A stretch of 64,000 bases of DNA from Candidatus Brocadiia bacterium (GTDB taxonomy: Bacteria > Planctomycetota > Brocadiia > CAIUPP01). The DNA lies in the NCBI GenBank assembly GCA_050015075.1, contig JBEKCB010000008.1, positions 64,001-128,000 of the forward strand. Direction: 5' to 3'. Every line of letters begins with the position of its first letter. Positions within the stretch are counted from its first letter, which is position 1. Below, piece by piece: positions 1 to 9,572 of this stretch. A program made the translations under genes and the position numbers. The notes beneath the pieces are model-generated. The model did no database searches. It was given only the letters and a program-made list of their open reading frames with translations, and had not been told where the DNA came from.

Positions 1-100
1 CTTCCCAAGGTAACCTCTGCCCTGTCGGCCACCGTCGAGTCTTTCGGCAGCCGGCCGGTCTTGAGGCTATAACAGCCGGCTTGGCTTTCGTCAAGAGAAC

Positions 101-1978
101 TTATTCTCTCGCGCCGGCCTGGAGTAAGGCGTCTCGCATATCCTTGCAAGACGTTTTCCCCGCATAATCAAGGGGCCGGAAACCGTCGCCGTCCTCCGCG
201 TTTACGTCGGCGCCGTTCGCGATAAGCAGTTTGGCGTCAGCGACGTTGTAGGAACTTGCCAGTATATGCAAGGGGGTGCTTCCGTCATTGGCTCGCGCGT
301 TGACGTTCGCGCCGCCGGCCAGGAGCACTTTTATCAAGTCGTCATTTCCGTCCGATTTCCACTTCCATCTAATCTTGTGCAATGGTGTGTCACCCCACCG
401 GTCTTTGGCATTGACATCGGCGCCTGCGGCCAGCAGGACCTTTGCGACGTCGGCGTCTTCCGCCGCGTGGAGCGGAGTCCAGCCATCTGTGTTGCGCACG
501 GTCACGTCCGCGCCATGCGACAGTAGTGTTTCTGCAGCTAATGCGTCGCCGCCATAGCAGGCTCTATGCAGCGGCGTATTACCAAAGATGTCAGCCGAGC
601 GTGCGTCGGCCCCATGTGCCAGAAGCAAGTCTACAGTCGGGTTCTTGCCCCACTCCACGGCGTTGTCCAATGGCGTTCTGCCCTCCTCATCTCTTGCATT
701 CACGTCAGCGCTTTTGGACAAGAGCAACTCGACGAGCTCTGCATTTTCGGCACAATGAAGGGCAGTCCTCCGCCTGTCGTCGCGAGCGTGAATCAGTCTG
801 GGGCGAGCCAGCAGAATAGCCCTGGCCCACGCCACGTTTCCAAGCCGGGCCGCATTGATGAGCACTTCGCCGCGCAATTGCAGCAGAACGGCCGCCAGGC
901 AGAGTGCGACAAGAAAGCAGGTGATGACGCCCGCGGCGCGGGCAATCCGTGCAGCGTTGTGTGCAGAGTTGCGCCCCGTCGCCCCTAATCCCATTTTGCG
1001 CTCTTTGCGCCGCCGGATCAGCCATGCGGCAATGTAGGTGACAACAGCGAGTCCCGTGCTCAGCGCGATCAGGCTCGAAGCGCTCATTCCAAAGCCCATG
1101 TCCCAGAACACATCGTAGATGTCCCACGTCGTGGCCGGATTATACCCGCACAACCCTGCCAGGGGCTTTGGCAGGCTGAAGAGAACGACCGTGTCGAAAG
1201 GCCGCGAAATGCCGCCAAGCAATTGGAACCACACGGCCATCCACGGGTACAACACCCAGCCGCTTGGGTTCAGCCTGCCGAAAGCTGGGCAATACCCGAG
1301 AAAGTTGGGCAGAGAAAGCAGGATCGGGAGAAGCCCAATGTGCAGCGCCCACCGCCAGGGTTTCAGCCTGCGGAGCCACGGCCAGAAGCCGAACACTACT
1401 ACGCCGCTGAGATAGAGGAACTCCAGCGGTGCGTACATCGGGTACCGCCGAAACTTGGGCCACGCCTGCTCGAAACTCTTCTCTGCCTTCAGCCACTGCC
1501 TGCCGCCGGCGTAGAGTCGTCGCCCGAGACGCTCCCTCATCACTTCATGCTCCTGCTCCAGCAACGCGGCGACATTCGAAAGATTCCCTCCGGCCGCGCG
1601 CCATTTCTTGTAGACGCGCAGCGTATCCGTCAGCGGGCCTTTCTTGCCGAGCTCAGCATCGAGCTTTTGGATCACCTCTGGAAGGTAAGCGAGCGCGTCT
1701 GACTCTTTGAGCGCATACAAGACAGCGCCAGAAAACCCGTCACTATAGTAAATCCAAAGGCCGTCCCGCGCCGGTCGTATCCCGAGGGCCTCGTCCCCAT
1801 GTATGGAATCGAAGGTTGCCAGTTTCACTCTGCAGGCTGCATACCAGAATCCTGCCGGCGCGCCCTGCCGCACCGGCCGCATGAGCGGCACAAGGCAGAT
1901 CAGCACCACTGCCATGGCAAGGATCGGCACCGCCATGACAGCCAGCTTCGCTTTAGTTGATAGGCCCCTTCCGTTCAT
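101..1978 (-). CDS. Membrane protein with C-terminal ankyrin repeats
   Basis: Several hydrophobic segments, then about 7 ankyrin repeats (GxTPLHxA...LLxxGADVNA). Confidence 0.85.
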   Translation of the reverse strand: MNGRGLSTKAKLAVMAVPILAMAVVLICLVPLMRPVRQGAPAGFWYAACRVKLATFDSIHGDEALGIRPARDGLWIYYSDGFSGAVLYALKESDALAYLPEVIQKLDAELGKKGPLTDTLRVYKKWRAAGGNLSNVAALLEQEHEVMRERLGRRLYAGGRQWLKAEKSFEQAWPKFRRYPMYAPLEFLYLSGVVVFGFWPWLRRLKPWRWALHIGLLPILLSLPNFLGYCPAFGRLNPSGWVLYPWMAVWFQLLGGISRPFDTVVLFSLPKPLAGLCGYNPATTWDIYDVFWDMGFGMSASSLIALSTGLAVVTYIAAWLIRRRKERKMGLGATGRNSAHNAARIARAAGVITCFLVALCLAAVLLQLRGEVLINAARLGNVAWARAILLARPRLIHARDDRRRTALHCAENAELVELLLSKSADVNARDEEGRTPLDNAVEWGKNPTVDLLLAHGADARSADIFGNTPLHRACYGGDALAAETLLSHGADVTVRNTDGWTPLHAAEDADVAKVLLAAGADVNAKDRWGDTPLHKIRWKWKSDGNDDLIKVLLAGGANVNARANDGSTPLHILASSYNVADAKLLIANGADVNAEDGDGFRPLDYAGKTSCKDMRDALLQAGARE

Positions 1979-2014
1979 GATCGCAATCCCTGACCTTGCA
2001 GTCCCGCGAAAAGG

Positions 2015-3412
2015 CTAGTGGGTGTCCGCCGGCGAACTGCTTGTCTCTTTCCGATAACGCTCCAGATTCTCGGCCTGCTTCTTGAGGATTTCGGCCAGGC
2101 TGATTCGGAAGTCCCACCGGTACTCCCGGCGGACATCCTCGGGCGGATGAGCTGACACGACCGGTGCGCCTTCCTCGATCTTGTACTCGAAGTCCGATTC
2201 AGTGAAGGGGTCCTTCGGCAGTCCCTGCGGGAAATATGCGCGCAGGGCTTCGAGAGAGGTCGGATATTCCCCCGTTTCGGCCTCGTGTAGCGCCGAAGCG
2301 GCAAGAATTTTGCTCATGGCAAAGCGCGCATTGTCCCGCGTGAAGTCCGCGTAAATTCCCGCCCCGATACCGGCGAAGTTCCCCACAAGCGGGTTATCCG
2401 GATACGTCTGCCCTGCGGCGGGCTTGCCCAGTTCTTTCATGTGTTCGATCCGGGCTTTGATGCGCGGCCGAGCGTCAGCGAAGCTCCCTTCGCCGGCTTT
2501 CGCCATTTCGGAGAGTTCTTCGCCGACCTGATCCGCCCACTTGCCATAGGTCGCCTTGCGCTCATCAGGCTTGAGGCGACGAAGTTGCCCGATGAGGCCC
2601 TTCCGGCCTGCGGCGAGCTCAGTGAGAACCGTCCTGAACCAGTCGTTGTCCAACGCCTGAAGGGCTGTATCGAGATCCGCATCGGTAAACAGGGTCTCCC
2701 TCTTCAACATGAGAGGCACGCGCTTTGCGTCATCGGCGATGCAGGCGGAAAACGAGAGCGGCCGCGTAGACAATTCGACAAGCCGAACCATCAGTACGCG
2801 GATGGCCGCCTTTCCTGGCTTCCGTGCCAGGAACTCGTTCATGCCTGCCAAATTGCTCTGCAATACCGCAGTCCCAGTAACCGCGTACATTAAGGTGGGG
2901 CACTGGCAGAGATGGACCGAATATTGGACGGCGTCCGCATGCACCTGCGCTGCGCGCTCAAGTTGTCCCTGTCCCTCCAGCATGGTGGCAGCCGCACATG
3001 TGCGTCTGCCCAGGTCTGTGAGCCTTCCCAGAGGAGGGATTGCTAAGCCATCCTGGGCCGCAAGGTCGAAGTCGCATTGAGTGCGCGCGGCGCCGATGTG
3101 GAGCATGTCCATCGCCTTGCCGCGCTCAAGATCTTGCTCCAGGAATGCCACGTCAGCATGGCTTTCGATGAAGAACTTCGGCCCCAGGAACGTCCTGGCT
3201 TCAATGTCGTCGAGGACCTTGTCCTCTTTCTCATTGGACGGCCAAGTCAATACCGACGCCGCGCACCAGTAATGAACGGCCGCATTGCCGGGATGCCCTG
3301 CTTCCTCCGTCCAAGCGGGCGGTGCAACGCTCAGCGCCAGCGTCAACCAGAGAATACTGTGGAAGACGCGCATCCAAGACCTCCCTTCATCATCCCACCT
3401 AACGACGGTCAA
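2015..3412 (-). CDS. Secreted hypothetical protein with C-terminal YPxSLxxL...LPKDPF motif (start probably ~3373, MRVFHS)
   Basis: Signal-peptide-like N-terminus; stop lies 37 bp from the ankyrin gene start; C-terminal motif shared with 28569..29555. Confidence 0.7.
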   Translation of the reverse strand: MTVVRWDDEGRSWMRVFHSILWLTLALSVAPPAWTEEAGHPGNAAVHYWCAASVLTWPSNEKEDKVLDDIEARTFLGPKFFIESHADVAFLEQDLERGKAMDMLHIGAARTQCDFDLAAQDGLAIPPLGRLTDLGRRTCAAATMLEGQGQLERAAQVHADAVQYSVHLCQCPTLMYAVTGTAVLQSNLAGMNEFLARKPGKAAIRVLMVRLVELSTRPLSFSACIADDAKRVPLMLKRETLFTDADLDTALQALDNDWFRTVLTELAAGRKGLIGQLRRLKPDERKATYGKWADQVGEELSEMAKAGEGSFADARPRIKARIEHMKELGKPAAGQTYPDNPLVGNFAGIGAGIYADFTRDNARFAMSKILAASALHEAETGEYPTSLEALRAYFPQGLPKDPFTESDFEYKIEEGAPVVSAHPPEDVRREYRWDFRISLAEILKKQAENLERYRKETSSSPADTH

Positions 3413-3480
3413 ACATCAAATGTCATATTCTCACGACTGAAGTCGCACCCGTCAAGCAGTTTTTGGGGTCTGCCGAAAAC

Positions 3481-3507
3481 TTGACAGCGGCAATTCGTCC
3501 CTATAAT
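3481..3507 (+). promoter_or_regulatory. Sigma70-like promoter for the glycoside hydrolase
   Basis: TTGACA-N15-TATAAT; hexamers are perfect, spacer is short. Confidence 0.5.
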
Positions 3508-3544
3508 GTGATCACACTTGGACAAAATTCTTTGGGAGCCGACC

Positions 3545-5605
3545 ATGCCCTGCATGAAGATTCTAGCCATGCTGGTTCTCATCGCCTCGCTGGCCGCCGC
3601 CGAGCCGGCGCATCCGTCGCTGCCGGGTCCGGTGATCCCCGACGGCGTGGGCGTGAATATCCATTTCACCGACGCGCAGCCGGGCGAGATGGAAATGCTC
3701 GCTGCGGCCGGGTTCCGCTGGGTGCGGATGGATTTCGTCTGGTCGGCGACCGAGCGCGAACGCGGGCGATATGATTTCGCGGCTTATGACCGGCTGATGC
3801 AGTCGCTCGACGCGCACAGCATGCGCGCGCTGCTCATCCTCGATTACGGCAATGCGCTGTACGAACCGGAGAACGCCGTCGCGACCGACGCGGGCCGGCA
3901 GGCCTTTGCTCGATGGGCGGCGGCCGCCGCGGCACATTTCAAGGGCCGCGGCATCCTCTGGGAAATCTGGAACGAGCCGAACATTGATGTCTTCTGGAAA
4001 CCCACGGCCGATGTCCGGCAATACGCCGCCCTCGCGCTGGCGGCCGCCAGGGCCATCCGCGCAGCCGCACCCGGCGAGGCGATCATCGGGCCGGCGACCT
4101 CGGGAATGGATTTCCGTTTTCTCGAAGAGTGTTTCAAGGCCGGCCTGCTCGAATGGTGGGACGCCGTGTCGGTGCATCCGTACCGGCGGTCCGATCCCGA
4201 AAGCGCGGCGGTTGACTACGCGAAGTTGCAGCGCTTGATCGCCCGGTACGCGCCGGCGAACAAGACGATCCCGATCCTCTCCAGCGAGTGGGGCTATTCC
4301 TCTGCGTGGAAGGGCTTCGACCAGGACAAGATGCTCGCGCGCCAATGGCTGACCAACCTGGCCAACCGAATCCCGCTCTCGATCTGGTACGACTGGCACG
4401 ACGACGGCGCAGACCCGAACAACGACGAAGACCACTACGGCACGGTCGCGCTGCCCTATCACTCGGGGCGAGACCCGGTTTACGATCCGAAGCCCGCCTG
4501 GCGCGCCGCGAAAACGCTGACCACCGTCCTCGGCGGCTGCCGCTTTGCGAAGCAACTGGCCACAGGCCGCCCCGACGATTTCGCCGTGCTCTTCGAACGC
4601 GCCGGCCAAGTGCGCCTGGCCCTTTGGACAACGTCGCGCCAACCGCACGAGGTGACGTTGCCTTCCAGTCCCGGCTCGTTCGAACTCGTCTCGCACGTCG
4701 GCGAGCGGCGCGGGACCGTCACCGTGCAAGGCGACAGCTTCACGCTCACCGCCACCGATGCCCCGCAGTATCTCCTCTTCAATGGGCCGAACCCCGCGCT
4801 TGCCGACGCTCCGGCGATTCACCCGCTGCGGGCAACCGTGTCGCCGGTCATGGGAATGACGCTTGTCGTTCACGTAGAGAACCTCGTTGACGCCGCCTTC
4901 AAAGGCCGCGCGCGGCTTGTCGAGACCGACGGCCTGGAACCGGTCGCCGCGGAGCAGTCCTTGGAGTTCGCGGCGAGCGAGGCGGAAGCGACTCTGCGTT
5001 TTCCCATCGCCGCGAAACCTTCGCGCGCGTATAGCTTCGGTCTGCGCATCGAGAGCGCGGACGGCAGCTTGATTCTCGATCTTTCGTCGCGCTGCTACAC
5101 CGCCGTTCCGGATGAAGTCCTCACCGACTGCAAGATTTTTGCCGACGGTGATGCCAAGGTCGGCTCCGAACTTTCTGTGGCTGTCGCGCCCGCCCCGGAA
5201 CCGCTGCCCGGCTCGGAATCTCCCGCGCTCAAGGTCACGTATCGGATGGACGCCGGCTGGAAATTCCTACGCCTCGCCCCCGAGCGCGCCGACTTGCGCG
5301 CGATCGCCGGCGAGCCGAAGGCGTTTGGTATGTGGATTTACGGCAACGGCGGACAAACCAGCCCGCGCCTGCGCGTGACCGATTCCAATGGCCAGTGCTG
5401 GCAACCCATCGGCGATGAAATCAACTGGACGGGCTGGCGCTTCGTGGAATTCGACCTAAGTCCCGCCACGGATAACTGGGGCGGCGTCGCCGATAACGCA
5501 ATCCATTTCCCGCTGAAATGGGATTCCGTGTTCCTGCTTGACAAGTCCCGTGAGCAGCAGGCGCAAGGAATAATCTACCTAACCGCGCCGGTTGTGATTT
5601 ATTGA
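3545..5605 (+). CDS. Secreted clan GH-A glycoside hydrolase (GH5/GH39-like) with C-terminal carbohydrate-binding-like domain
   Basis: WEIWNEPN acid/base motif, SEWG nucleophile, WVRMDFVW; signal peptide; C-terminal WIYG...NWTGW. Confidence 0.8.
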   Translation: MPCMKILAMLVLIASLAAAEPAHPSLPGPVIPDGVGVNIHFTDAQPGEMEMLAAAGFRWVRMDFVWSATERERGRYDFAAYDRLMQSLDAHSMRALLILDYGNALYEPENAVATDAGRQAFARWAAAAAAHFKGRGILWEIWNEPNIDVFWKPTADVRQYAALALAAARAIRAAAPGEAIIGPATSGMDFRFLEECFKAGLLEWWDAVSVHPYRRSDPESAAVDYAKLQRLIARYAPANKTIPILSSEWGYSSAWKGFDQDKMLARQWLTNLANRIPLSIWYDWHDDGADPNNDEDHYGTVALPYHSGRDPVYDPKPAWRAAKTLTTVLGGCRFAKQLATGRPDDFAVLFERAGQVRLALWTTSRQPHEVTLPSSPGSFELVSHVGERRGTVTVQGDSFTLTATDAPQYLLFNGPNPALADAPAIHPLRATVSPVMGMTLVVHVENLVDAAFKGRARLVETDGLEPVAAEQSLEFAASEAEATLRFPIAAKPSRAYSFGLRIESADGSLILDLSSRCYTAVPDEVLTDCKIFADGDAKVGSELSVAVAPAPEPLPGSESPALKVTYRMDAGWKFLRLAPERADLRAIAGEPKAFGMWIYGNGGQTSPRLRVTDSNGQCWQPIGDEINWTGWRFVEFDLSPATDNWGGVADNAIHFPLKWDSVFLLDKSREQQAQGIIYLTAPVVIY

Positions 5606-5632
5606 TCCGGACAGTGTGGCTGTTGAAGAACT

Positions 5633-5718
5633 GTCATTCCGAACGAAGTGAGGAATCTCACACGCCGCGCATTAGTAATGGTTTATGGTGTGAGATGCTT
5701 CGCTGCGCTCAGCATGAC
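5633..5718. repeat. REP-like inverted repeat with 31-bp imperfect arms
   Basis: gtcattccgaacgaagtgaggaatctcacac ... gtgtgagatgcttcgctgcgctcagcatgac, between convergent genes. Confidence 0.8.
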
Positions 5719-5850
5719 GCGGTCCAGACTTATGTATGTTATTCTGGGGCACTACACTTAGGTGGTCGGTTGTGAACGGCGAGGCTTGAGGCTGGAGAAA
5801 ATGCTTAGCGGCGGGAGCCGGCCGGCGATTGACGGATGCTTGCGCCTGGC

Positions 5851-6153
5851 TCACTTTGCGCGAGCGGCGAACGCGGCCTTTCTCTCGTTCTTATCTCTCA
5901 ACATCCGCACGAACCGGGCGTCCAATGTTCCAACGTCCACACCCTCAGCGGCGAACCCGTCCCTGACCTGTTGCGACGATATCTGCCCGTCCTGGACCCA
6001 GCCGCCGAGCGCGCCGATCATGTAGGCGATTTTGGTTTCAATCGCTTTGCGTCCGGTGGGGACCTTGGTCACTGCGAGGCGTCGTTGCAGGACGCCGATT
6101 TGGACGACGTGTGCGATTCGCGGTTTCGGCTCCAGCGTCATCTGCGTTTTCAT
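5851..6153 (-). CDS. Hypothetical protein (100 aa)
   Basis: GGAGG RBS upstream of ATG; last gene of the small-ORF run. Confidence 0.6.
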   Translation of the reverse strand: MKTQMTLEPKPRIAHVVQIGVLQRRLAVTKVPTGRKAIETKIAYMIGALGGWVQDGQISSQQVRDGFAAEGVDVGTLDARFVRMLRDKNERKAAFAARAK

Positions 6154-6189
6154 CCCTATCCCTCCAGCGTGCGGCGGATATCAAACAGG

Positions 6190-6477
6190 TCAACCTTCCG
6201 GCTCGATCGTCGCCGTGAGCTTTGCCAAGGTCAGCTTCTCGGCGTGACCGTTCGCCTGCTCCAACGTCTCGATGGCGCAGAGAGCCACTCCGTTATAGAG
6301 CGCCTCCGACGTGATCTCCTCGGCGCCGTTCCGGTTGAAGTAGAAGACCTCCTGAAGGACTTGCGCTACATAGCGGGCGACGTGAAGACCGTCGTGGTGA
6401 AGCAGCACCCGGTAGAGCGGCGTGCTGCCTCGTTGGTCGTTGACTTGCGGATCGGGTCGCACGGCATCGTCAGGCAT
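6190..6477 (-). CDS. clpS: ClpS-like adaptor protein (divergent)
   Basis: PLYRVLLHHD...YVAQVLQEVF...A.EI..EA...GVAL...LTATIEPE follows the ClpS pattern; AAGGAAG RBS. Confidence 0.75.
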   Translation of the reverse strand: MPDDAVRPDPQVNDQRGSTPLYRVLLHHDGLHVARYVAQVLQEVFYFNRNGAEEITSEALYNGVALCAIETLEQANGHAEKLTLAKLTATIEPEG

Positions 6478-6553
6478 CGGTCTGCTTCCTTTTAGGCGAC
6501 GCGGCCAGTAACGTCACCCCAACGACAAAGTCAGCGTGTTGGGATGGAATAAC

Positions 6554-6736
6554 TTAGCCGAACAGCAGAAGGCACCCCCGGCATAAGTTTCTAATAACCG
6601 CCTTCTCCTTTCGGCACTTCGAGCATATCAACGGATTATACTGATAGGCCTTGTTCCGCTGCATGCGCTGAAGAGCGGTCATGTTCCGCGGCGCGCTCAT
6701 GAAAAGCGGGTTGTGCTTCACGTACTGCATGGCCAT
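6554..6736 (-). CDS. Small protein with CxxC...CxxC (putative zinc ribbon)
   Basis: AAGGAGG RBS; CSKC...CRGC. Confidence 0.6.
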   Translation of the reverse strand: MAMQYVKHNPLFMSAPRNMTALQRMQRNKAYQYNPLICSKCRKEKAVIRNLCRGCLLLFG

Positions 6737-6748
6737 CGTGCTGCCTCC

Positions 6749-6943
6749 TTATCCTGCGCGGCGAACTAACATTCGACGAACGTCTGCGTTGGGCCGTCCG
6801 CCGACATCCGACACAGCGGGCCTGGCGGGCCGGAGAACCTGAAAGGCAAATCGTCGCCGGTGGGAAAGAGAGGCAGGACACGCCCGCTTGTGCGGGCATC
6901 TGCGACTGTCTCGACGCCGGTTCTGCGCAAATCTGCGCTTCAC
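6749..6943 (-). CDS. Small Arg-rich hypothetical protein
   Basis: AAGGAG close to a GTG start; stop overlaps the RBS of the next ORF. Confidence 0.35.
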   Translation of the reverse strand: MKRRFAQNRRRDSRRCPHKRACPASLSHRRRFAFQVLRPARPAVSDVGGRPNADVRRMLVRRAG

Positions 6944-6973
6944 CGCTCCTTCGTTGCGCCCTAAGTCAGCTTC

Positions 6974-7002
6974 ACCCTACGCTCATCTCCTGCCGAAGTC
7001 AA
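6974..7002 (-). promoter_or_regulatory. Sigma70-like promoter of the small-ORF operon
   Basis: Minus strand TTGACT-N17-TAGGGT. Confidence 0.55.
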
Positions 7003-7042
7003 TCTTTATTTTGCCATGCCGGCGCTTTTGTTAAGGAAAGGG

Positions 7043-7203
7043 CTCTCGCAAAGACGCCAAGCACGGCAACTCAATAGTTCAACCGCCAAAACGCGAAATC
7101 GCGAAAGTCTAAGTTGGGAATGGCCTGTCGCACCGCCGCTTTCGTGCTTTCGCACTTTCGCGGTCAAATTCTCGTTTTTGGCGGCTGTGCGACCTCGCGT
7201 GAG
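7043..7203. repeat. Nested imperfect inverted repeats (cgcaaag/cgcgaaa type)
   Basis: Outer ctctcgcaaagacgccaag... / ...gcgacctcgcgtgag; inner accgccaaaacgcgaaatcgcgaaag / ctttcgtgctttcgcactttcgcggt. Confidence 0.65.
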
Positions 7204-7344
7204 CCCTTTCCTTTTCCTGCGCAGGAAACAATCATTTCACAATTCCTGTGGGAAATGTACAATATCAGCGGCCGGCTCCGCGATGCCGTGCAGCGTGGGC
7301 ATCGCGGGAAACCGAAGGCGCCGGCCACCGGTTCAGGAGAGCGC

Positions 7345-8811
7345 ATGCTTTCGAACGGAGCGCGCGTCAGACTGGTGCGGCGGCTGGTGCTGGGCGTCAA
7401 CCTGACGCTCGCCGCGTTCCTGGGACTCTTCGTCACGATCGACGTCTATCTCGCGCGCCGCAACCTGATGAACCGGGAAATCACCGATCTGCAGGAAAAC
7501 GCCACGCTGCTGCTGACGTCGGTCACGCGCCTGAGCCGCCGCGGCATGCCGGCCGTGCAGGATTTCCTCGACGACACCAACGTCTCGATGCAGCCGGTCC
7601 GCGCCGCCGACAGCCCTCACCGCATTCTCGTGCGAGTGGGCAAGAGGAAGCTCGAAGCGCACCGCGATGACCCTTCCGGTCCCGAGGCGCTCGACGAGGC
7701 GGCGGTCGCCGCCTCCGCGCCCGACCATCGCGGCGTGGTGGACGGCGAGCCGGTCATCGTCGGCGGAGCGGTGCGCGCTGACGTGGCCGCCTACATCCTG
7801 GAACCCTTCTCGCAGACTGAGCAGGCCATCCGCCTCATGATCCTGCGCCGCGCCGCGGCCAACACGCTCGTCGGCCTCGGGATCGCCGCCGCGCTCAACG
7901 TCATGCTCCAGTTCTGGCTCGTGCGGCCGCTCGGGCGGATGGTGGACACGGTCCAGCAGTTCGGACGCGGCGACCTGCGTGCGCGGATGCCGCCCAACCG
8001 CAGCCGGGAACTCGGACTGCTCGCGGACGAGTTCAACACGATGGCCTCGGTCCTCGAGCGCAACGAGGCGGACCGCCGCGGCCAGATGGACCGCGCCCGC
8101 GCGATCCAGGACTGCCTGCGCCCGGACCTGAAAGAGATCGCCGGGGCGCGGTTCGCGTGCATCAGCCAGCCCGCCGCCGAGGTCGCCGGCGACTATTACG
8201 ACGTGCTGCCGTCGGGCGACGGCGGCGTGGTCCTGTGCGTCGCCGACGTGAGCGGACATGGCGTGCCCGCCGCGATGGGCGCGGCCATGCTCAAGACGCT
8301 GCTCCTGAACGGCGCCGAGCACGAGAGCGACCCGGCGAAACTCCTCGCCGTGCTGAACGCCGCGTTCTGCCGCGTGACGCTGCCGGAAGACTTCGCGACG
8401 ATGGCGCTGCTCCATTTCACGCCCGGCAGCCCGGCCGCCGCCTACGCGAGCGCCGGACACGAGCCGGTCTTCCTGGTCCATTCCACCGGCCGGACGGAGG
8501 ACCTGAAGGCGACCGGATTCCCGATCGGTGTGCAGTCGCCCTCGACCTGGGAAGGCCGCACGCTGAACGTGGAGCCGGGCGACCGGCTGATCATGCTGAC
8601 CAATGGCCTGGTCGAGACCAAGAATCCCGCCGGCGAGCCATACGGCCGAGACCGCCTCCTCGCCGACCTGATAGACCTGCGCACCAGGCCGCTGACCCAG
8701 ATGCTGGCCGGCATCCTCAGCCGCGTAACCGCCTACCGCGGCAACACGCCGCAGAAGGACGATCTGACGGGGCTGGCGGTGGAGTTCACGTCGGCGGCGA
8801 ACAAGACATGA
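7345..8811 (+). CDS. Membrane sensor with HAMP and SpoIIE/PP2C phosphatase domains
   Basis: Two TM helices, HAMP (ELGLLADEFNTMA), GDYYD, ADVSGHGVPAA, SAGH, DDLT; AGGAGAG RBS before ATG 7345. Confidence 0.9.
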   Translation: MLSNGARVRLVRRLVLGVNLTLAAFLGLFVTIDVYLARRNLMNREITDLQENATLLLTSVTRLSRRGMPAVQDFLDDTNVSMQPVRAADSPHRILVRVGKRKLEAHRDDPSGPEALDEAAVAASAPDHRGVVDGEPVIVGGAVRADVAAYILEPFSQTEQAIRLMILRRAAANTLVGLGIAAALNVMLQFWLVRPLGRMVDTVQQFGRGDLRARMPPNRSRELGLLADEFNTMASVLERNEADRRGQMDRARAIQDCLRPDLKEIAGARFACISQPAAEVAGDYYDVLPSGDGGVVLCVADVSGHGVPAAMGAAMLKTLLLNGAEHESDPAKLLAVLNAAFCRVTLPEDFATMALLHFTPGSPAAAYASAGHEPVFLVHSTGRTEDLKATGFPIGVQSPSTWEGRTLNVEPGDRLIMLTNGLVETKNPAGEPYGRDRLLADLIDLRTRPLTQMLAGILSRVTAYRGNTPQKDDLTGLAVEFTSAANKT

Positions 8812-8982
8812 TGCGCGGATTCCCGACTTCGTGGGAGCCCTGTTTTCGTATTCCGGGATTCCGGAGGCTCATACTTACTTATTGACTTAGGTCTCCAGAA
8901 GTTAGTTACGTATCGTGACGCTATTTCCGATTGCAGACTGTGCTAAGTGACACTGACAATCTCGTTTGAGATGGAGATCATA

Positions 8983-9534
8983 ATGTCAGACGCGAGGCAT
9001 TTGACTACGGCGGAGCTTGAGGCGGGGTTGGATACGATCCGGCAGTCGCCCAGGGATGAAGGCGTGCTGGAGTTGATTGTGCGGCGTCCGCGGACCGATG
9101 CGCGGGAAGTGCTCCAGGAGGGCGAATTGGATGCAGCGCGAGGTCTCGTGGGCGATAACTGGGGGCCCCGCGGCAGCGCGGACGGCGCGCCGGCGGTCCT
9201 CGACCGGCAGCTTACCCTGATGAATACGCGCGTGATTGCGCTGCTGGCGCAGACGAAGGAACGCTGGCCGCTGGCGGGCGACCAACTGTTCGTGGACCTG
9301 GATTTGAGCGCGGCGAATGTGCCGCCGGGCACGCGGCTGGCGATCGGCTCGGCCGTGATTGAAGTCACCGCCCTGCCTCACACCGGCTGCAGGAAGTTCA
9401 CGGAGCGGTTCGGGGCGGATGCGATGGCGTTCGTCAACGGGCCGAAGTGGAAGCACCTGCAACTGCGCGGCGTCAACGCGCGAGTCGTGAAGCCCGGCTT
9501 CATTCGCGTCGGCGACGCGGTGAGGAAACTATGA
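8983..9534 (+). CDS. MOSC domain protein
   Basis: GLVGDNW, RQLTLMN, GDQLFVD, PHTGCRKF, LRGVNARVV. Confidence 0.85.
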   Translation: MSDARHLTTAELEAGLDTIRQSPRDEGVLELIVRRPRTDAREVLQEGELDAARGLVGDNWGPRGSADGAPAVLDRQLTLMNTRVIALLAQTKERWPLAGDQLFVDLDLSAANVPPGTRLAIGSAVIEVTALPHTGCRKFTERFGADAMAFVNGPKWKHLQLRGVNARVVKPGFIRVGDAVRKL

Positions 9535-9572
9535 GTTATGATAGCTCCGGAAGTCAACTATTCAGATAGGCA

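Noticed and set aside
7114-7344. N-terminal extensions in the ORF track (also 14676, 16942, 18933, 24723, 28464)
   Set aside because: They run through repeats or intergenic DNA; better RBS-supported or domain-consistent starts lie downstream
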